This document shows, one piece after another, positions 59,234-64,000 of a stretch of DNA of 64,000 bases (position 1 is the stretch's first letter; each line of letters starts with the position of its first letter). The notes under the pieces were generated by a model. That model did no database searches. It worked only from the letters and a program-made list of their open reading frames with translations, and was not told where the DNA came from. The position numbers were made by a program, and so were the translations under genes. The stretch is from Promethearchaeota archaeon (GTDB taxonomy: Archaea; Asgardarchaeota; Lokiarchaeia; Sigyniarchaeales; SOKP01), in the NCBI GenBank assembly GCA_019058245.1, contig JAHPZJ010000013.1, positions 41,166 through 105,165 on the forward strand, read 5' to 3'.

Positions 59234-60439
59234 CTATATAATCATTAACAATTTGCCTATAAAACTGGCTAAATCAATTACTTTTATATTACTAGAAAAT
59301 TCATTATGCTCTTTATTGAGAGACAATTCATTTAAATAACAATTAAAATGTGTTAGACATTTAGGACAAGGAACAATTAAATATTCAGCTCCAGTTTCAA
59401 TCGCTTCATTAATACGATTTTGTCTTATATAACGTGTGTATTCACTACAATTTGTAAATGCTGAAACGCCACAACAATTAGCATCATCTTTAATATTTTC
59501 CATTTCAATTAATTTTACACCTGGAATTTTTTTTATTAATTCTCTAGGAGTATCATACAATTTTCCTCCTAGGCGTCCTAATCGGCAAGAATCGTGATAT
59601 GTTACATTAATCTTAGAATTATGCGTATATTTTATATTTTCAAGAATATTTTCTCTAAGAAAGAATTCGGAAAAATGTAAAACTTCAAAATCAAAGTCTT
59701 TAATAATTTTCGGATAATCATATTTCCATGTTCTATATCCTTCAGCGCATCCAACAATAATAGTCTTTACTCCTGCATTTTTATAAAGTTGAGTATTATA
59801 TTCAGCAAGCTTTCTAAATGTTTCATTATCGCCTCTACCCCATAAAATATCATGTCCACAACATTTTTCATCTAGAACTACTGGATTTATACCATTTTCA
59901 TTAAGTAAATTTATAATTGTTACAGGAATATCCGTATAATTGATATCAAAATTATAGAAAAGATCATCCATTATAGATAAGCATCCAACAAAATATGCAA
60001 TTTCGCCTGAAGTTGTAGTTTTTAATTCATTTTTCTCTAGAAAATCTAACTTATTTGGACTTGAAGGATTATGTGCCATAATTTTAGAAATCAAAGTGAA
60101 AATATCATTATGAGTTTCGCATTTAACAATCTTTTTTATTTCTGAATTGTTTTTATTTGAAATTTTTCTTAATTCTAAAATCAATTCTGGTATTCTCACA
60201 CCCTGATTTTCACGTGTCATAGGACAGTAAATTGAACATTGTCCACAAGTTAGACAATTCCAAATATTATTTTTTGCTATAACTTCTTCCATTGTAAAAA
60301 AGTTTAAATCTGAAACTAAATCTTTAGGATAAAAGACGTCTAAGTGGGAAAGTGGACATACATTAACACAACGATTACAACTATAGCAATAATTAGTAAA
60401 AGAACTTATATTTTTAATTATTTCTTGAGAATCTAACAC
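59234..60439 (-). CDS. hdrD: HdrD-like Fe-S oxidoreductase (2x[4Fe-4S] plus two CCG domains)
   Basis: CYSCNRCVNVCP, CLTCGQCSIYCP, FVGC..CCGH..GCAEG, YHDSC..CCGV..PCPKC. Confidence 0.85.
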   Translation of the reverse strand: MLDSQEIIKNISSFTNYCYSCNRCVNVCPLSHLDVFYPKDLVSDLNFFTMEEVIAKNNIWNCLTCGQCSIYCPMTRENQGVRIPELILELRKISNKNNSEIKKIVKCETHNDIFTLISKIMAHNPSSPNKLDFLEKNELKTTTSGEIAYFVGCLSIMDDLFYNFDINYTDIPVTIINLLNENGINPVVLDEKCCGHDILWGRGDNETFRKLAEYNTQLYKNAGVKTIIVGCAEGYRTWKYDYPKIIKDFDFEVLHFSEFFLRENILENIKYTHNSKINVTYHDSCRLGRLGGKLYDTPRELIKKIPGVKLIEMENIKDDANCCGVSAFTNCSEYTRYIRQNRINEAIETGAEYLIVPCPKCLTHFNCYLNELSLNKEHNEFSSNIKVIDLASFIGKLLMII

Positions 60440-60471
60440 ATTTATAGCCCCGTATTCAAATTATTGAAGAA

Positions 60472-60645
60472 TTATATTCCAGTACCGAAATAGAAATAAC
60501 CACAATTAAAACATTGATATCCGCTTGGTGCCTTATGTCTATAGATGTAACAATCGTCTTCAATTTTAGCCCCACAAATGGGACAAATATCTTCTTTTAC
60601 TTTCTGCTTTATTAAAACTTTTATCTCATCTGCTTTTATCATCAT
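60472..60645 (-). CDS. 57-aa zinc-ribbon/rubredoxin-like protein not in the ORF track
   Basis: MMIKADEIKVLIKQKVKEDICPICGAKIEDDCYIYRHKAPSGYQCFNCGYFYFGTGI; two CxxCG knuckles; ends 32 nt before the hdrD start. Confidence 0.8.
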   Translation of the reverse strand: MMIKADEIKVLIKQKVKEDICPICGAKIEDDCYIYRHKAPSGYQCFNCGYFYFGTGI

Positions 60646-61534
60646 AATATTTCAATTTTTAGAAAATTTCTTTTTTTTTTAATCTTAAAATTTCAATTTC
60701 AAAATTTTATTATAAATTAAATTAATTCTCTTAATTTGGGTTGGTTTTTGTAAAATATTAACAATTCTGAGCGACCTTATCATAAATAAATTTCTTTAAA
60801 AATTTATTTATCATCATGATTAGAATGGTAATCAAACTATAAAAATATTAACTTTTAGTTAATGAAGAAGAAACTTTTATTTAACAAAAATAAAATTGAA
60901 TGTAAAAAATAGATCAATTTGACCATTCTCAATATTTAAAACCATGTTAGATTCACTAGATAAACTTACTTTTTTATTAACAATACCGACAATTCTGGCA
61001 ATTATAACTATCCAATATAATAATTTATTTTCATTTTCCTAATATTAAAATAGAATCTTGTAGAAATCCATCTATAATTATGACTATTATGATAAATAGA
61101 ATATAAAAACATTAATTATTAGTTCTTAAAATGGCAGTTTATATTATCTAAAAGCAAATCTAAGAATAAGAATTAGACCAATTTAATGATTTTCAATAAA
61201 AAGATTATAAAAAACCATAATATATAATACCCTTTCCAAAAGTCTTACTGATATTTCCGAATCTATAACTACTAGAATCTATAAATCTATGCAATTTTTC
61301 TAATAGTGTTTTAAAATTTTATACTATTTTAAAAGTAGTTTTTTATATTATATTCGATAATATCAATTTTGTTTAGAAATTTATTTCAATTTTTTGCATA
61401 TAAAAAAAAAAAAGAATTGAAATTATATGATTATATTTTTTTTCAAATAAAATTTTAAAATATATACAGTTGTCTATAAAATTGAATAAAATCCATTTTT
61501 TCTTATGAATACAAAAATGACAAAAAAAAAATAT

Positions 61535-61557
61535 TGACAACTATTATTGTCAGATTA
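61535..61557. promoter_or_regulatory. Candidate operator TGACAA-N6-TTGTCA, copy 2 (perfect)
   Basis: TGACAA-CTATTA-TTGTCA-GATTA about 160 nt upstream of the operon at 61712. Confidence 0.55.
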
Positions 61558-61711
61558 ATTAAAATAACTCTTATCAAATTATTTAAATCTTTTTTAATTT
61601 ATATTTTAATTAGAATTAAGACAACCTTTTATTTAGGTTAATAGGAAAATATAGTAAAAAATTTAATAAATTTATTGAAATAGATTTAACAAAAATTAAA
61701 CCCGAAGGTGG

Positions 61712-62338
61712 ATGATTAAAATGGAAATATTAGAATTAAAGCCAATAAAGAATAAAAAAATTGTTGTGTATATGTCTTCTAAAGAAAGTGCTAAATATTT
61801 CCAAAATGAAGAACATTCAAAACTAATTGAATTCTTAAAAAAGAATAATATTGACTTTGTTACTGTAGACTTTCAAGTGGATATGAAAGAATTTGGTAAA
61901 ACTCAATTCGCAAAAATATTGAATGAATTAAAAATTCCATATTTTCAAGTAGATATTCCTGATTATGCTATGGGATATTTATATCAAGAAATACTTGAGA
62001 AACAAGAGTTCCAAAATGAATTATTTGAAGAATATGAAAGTATGGAGGATAAGGATTCATATAAGGGTTTGAGTTTAAAAAATTGGATTGATTTATTAAC
62101 AGAAGAAATTCAAGAAAGAGAAATATTTCTTAGTTTAAAGTTAAGACCTCAATGGATTGTTAAGAAAATGCTAGATTTAGCATCATCTTTTGAAAAAGAT
62201 TTAGTTTTTTTTGTTCATTTTGTTCAAGAAGATATATGTGAAGACATTTGTCCACAAATAGTTGAAAATTTAAGAGAATTAGGAATAAAAGTAATATCCT
62301 ATAATAAAAAACATACTATACAAAAAGTTATATTTTAA
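61712..62338 (+). CDS. Hypothetical protein, probable distant paralog of 62364..63092
   Basis: Shared pattern ELKP.KNKK, IP..VD/ADI...A..YL, KLRPQWIVKKML vs KVREAWMMMKIL. Start may be ATG 61721. Confidence 0.75.
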   Translation: MIKMEILELKPIKNKKIVVYMSSKESAKYFQNEEHSKLIEFLKKNNIDFVTVDFQVDMKEFGKTQFAKILNELKIPYFQVDIPDYAMGYLYQEILEKQEFQNELFEEYESMEDKDSYKGLSLKNWIDLLTEEIQEREIFLSLKLRPQWIVKKMLDLASSFEKDLVFFVHFVQEDICEDICPQIVENLRELGIKVISYNKKHTIQKVIF

Positions 62339-62363
62339 TTAAAAAAAGGAGGGGGTTAAAAAA

Positions 62364-63092
62364 ATGCCAGAAGTATTAGAATTAAAACCTTTAAAAAATA
62401 AAAAGCTAAAATTGGTATTGATAGAAAGCGAATTTCCTATCGATTGGTGGTTTGACGTTCCTAAGACTTTAAAGGAAGATCTTTTTTGGAATCTTCGATT
62501 AATTTCTAAGGAATATATTCAATTAATTGATTCGTTAATTGAAAAATATAAGCCCAAAATTGCGTTGGAAGAAAGACCAAATTTTTGGAATACTACAAAT
62601 AATTCAGAGGATCCTTTAAAAAAGTTATTTCAAATGCGAAATATACCATTTGACTACGCTGATATTTCAGAAAATGCTGAATTATATCTATCATCCGCTT
62701 TAGAAGAGCATAGAACAATGATCCAGCATCTTGAGAGAAGGATTAAGGAAGTTATGAAGAGTAGTGGAGGTATTCCTAATAATGACGATACTTTTAATCG
62801 AATTGTATTATGGAAGGATTATTTACAACAAGATTATAAATTTCAAGAAGATGAAGTAAGATACAAAGTTCGAGAAGCATGGATGATGATGAAAATTTTA
62901 AATCTTGCCAAAAAAATAGAAGCAACTAATTTCAAAGCTATGTTTATTTGTGATATTAGCCACTTCAATGGTCTTGAAAAACTTTCAGAAGAATTAGGTA
63001 TTGAAGTCGAACAAGTAAGAATAAAAAGGACAATTAAAACTGAAGATGTTAAGGAAATATTTGAAAAAGATTTAGAAGTTGAAATTTCTTAA
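62364..63092 (+). CDS. Hypothetical protein, possibly TraB/ChaN-like fold
   Basis: Strong RBS ggagggg; KYKPKIALEE and REAWM..AMFICDISHFNGL loosely resemble the TraB/Tiki/ChaN pattern. Confidence 0.7.
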   Translation: MPEVLELKPLKNKKLKLVLIESEFPIDWWFDVPKTLKEDLFWNLRLISKEYIQLIDSLIEKYKPKIALEERPNFWNTTNNSEDPLKKLFQMRNIPFDYADISENAELYLSSALEEHRTMIQHLERRIKEVMKSSGGIPNNDDTFNRIVLWKDYLQQDYKFQEDEVRYKVREAWMMMKILNLAKKIEATNFKAMFICDISHFNGLEKLSEELGIEVEQVRIKRTIKTEDVKEIFEKDLEVEIS

Positions 63093-63136
63093 ATTATTAA
63101 TTTTATTTTTAGATATAAAAAAAAGGGTTGATAAAA

Positions 63137-64000
63137 ATGGTTGAAAGAGAGGTTGAAAGTATTTTAGGAAGAAAATCAATAATAGAATTAACACCTATTA
63201 TCATTAAAAAGAAAGATACAATGGATAAAATTTGTTATTTCTTTGATACTGATGATAATGCGTCTCCTTTTGATATTAATATGGCATATGATGCAGGATT
63301 TGATATTGTTATACCTATCAGTAAAATGAAAGCCGAATACGTACCAAAATTAATACAAGATGCTATCTTTTCTCGTAAACCTAATGCACCCACAACTTTT
63401 TTTATTGGAGGTTCTGATGTTAAGGAAGGTGAGAAGATAGCAAAAGCAGCAAAAAAATCCTTAGTCCCTCCTTTTGAATGTCCTATTATAATTGATCCCC
63501 GAGGATCTCATACTACAGCTTCCGCTGTAGTTGCAATGTCTTTGGATATAGCTAATAGAAAACATGGAATTAAGAATTTAAAGGGTAAAAAAGTAGTTAT
63601 ATTTGGAGCGGGGCCAGTTGGTAGAATAGCAGCGATTTTAGCTTCAAAAATTGGATGTAATACGTTTTTAGTGGAAACATGGGATAAATCTAATGAGGAT
63701 TTTATAAAAAAATTAGCAAAAGACCTCACTCAAGAAGCAGGAGAAGGAGCAACAGAAATTTCTGGTCTTTTTGCTCCTTTAATTAAACAAAGATTTGATA
63801 TTGTAAAGGATGCTGATGTTATATGGTCTTTAGCAGCTGCAGGTGTTGAAATTCTAACTCAAGAATGGATGGAAAAGTTGCCAGGTAAAAAAATAGTTGT
63901 AGATATTAATTTGGTGCCACCATATGGTATTGAAGGTCTTAAGCCAAAACATAAGAATGATGAGATCTATCCTGGGATTTTTGGAATTGGGGCATTAGCT
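63137..64000 (+). CDS. mtd: NAD(P)-dependent methylene-H4MPT/H4F dehydrogenase (MtdA/B/C family), runs off the window
   Basis: Open from ATG 63137 to the window end: FDTDDNASPFDINMAYDAG, QDAIFSR, FIGG, PPFE..DPRGSHTTA, FGAGPVG, AAAGV, DINLVPPYGIEG, GIGALA. Confidence 0.88.
   Translation, partial: MVEREVESILGRKSIIELTPIIIKKKDTMDKICYFFDTDDNASPFDINMAYDAGFDIVIPISKMKAEYVPKLIQDAIFSRKPNAPTTFFIGGSDVKEGEKIAKAAKKSLVPPFECPIIIDPRGSHTTASAVVAMSLDIANRKHGIKNLKGKKVVIFGAGPVGRIAAILASKIGCNTFLVETWDKSNEDFIKKLAKDLTQEAGEGATEISGLFAPLIKQRFDIVKDADVIWSLAAAGVEILTQEWMEKLPGKKIVVDINLVPPYGIEGLKPKHKNDEIYPGIFGIGALA

Noticed and set aside
60782-60811. 12-bp perfect inverted repeat ataaataaattt-N6-aaatttatttat upstream of the F420/hdr operon
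   Set aside because: Entirely A/T within an extremely AT-rich 1-kb spacer and not repeated elsewhere in the window, so chance cannot be excluded.
60650-61700. 1-kb spacer examined for a CRISPR array, tRNA, replication origin or hidden gene
   Set aside because: No regularly spaced repeats, cloverleaf or convincing ORF; only the operator-like site at 61535 was kept.
2195-63729. Short ORFs nested in or antisense to long genes (e.g. 2195, 2830, 7753, 9434, 17797, 24628, 40052, 51546, 54524, 63508)
   Set aside because: They lie within well-supported genes and show no recognisable motifs; treated as shadow ORFs.

Overview
Very AT-rich archaeal DNA, most likely from an Asgard archaeon (Lokiarchaeia-like). 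This is inferred from the HdrA/MvhD expansion, short GGTGA/GGAGG ribosome sites and PCI, longin/uDENN-like and Arb2-like proteins. Layout: (1) 1-15 kb: tandem heterodisulfide-reductase-like array (three ~1000-aa HdrA, two HdrD-like CCG proteins, two MvhD), interrupted by a duplicated zinc-ribbon membrane gene. (2) 15.6-30 kb: sulfur island with Lrp and Rrf2 regulators, MoaD/MoeB/TusA relay, tRNA thiolase, cysE, cysK, iscSU, metX, metW, a class V PLP enzyme, a fungal-type cystathionine gamma-synthase and an Arb2/FAM172-like hydrolase. (3) 30-47 kb: mixed genes (PCI-TIR protein, ABC exporter, HMGS-like/DUF35 plus thiolase, mscL, MoxR, TauE). (4) 47-64 kb: the most unusual part. A DNA-binding wHTH-HdrA-MvhD fusion heads an operon with a [NiFe]-hydrogenase carrying two hallmarks of H2-sensor enzymes (His-to-Gln after the first CxxC, no cleavable C-terminal tail) and a histidine kinase, converging on a REC-Lrp regulator. 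Next to it are an F420-linked hdr operon and a divergent operon with an NAD(P)-type methylene-H4MPT dehydrogenase. Three genes carry single lesions (TAG, TGA, ATA start) that an A-to-G change would each repair. No rRNA, tRNA, CRISPR array or transposase was recognised. All assignments come from reading motifs by eye; no searches were run.
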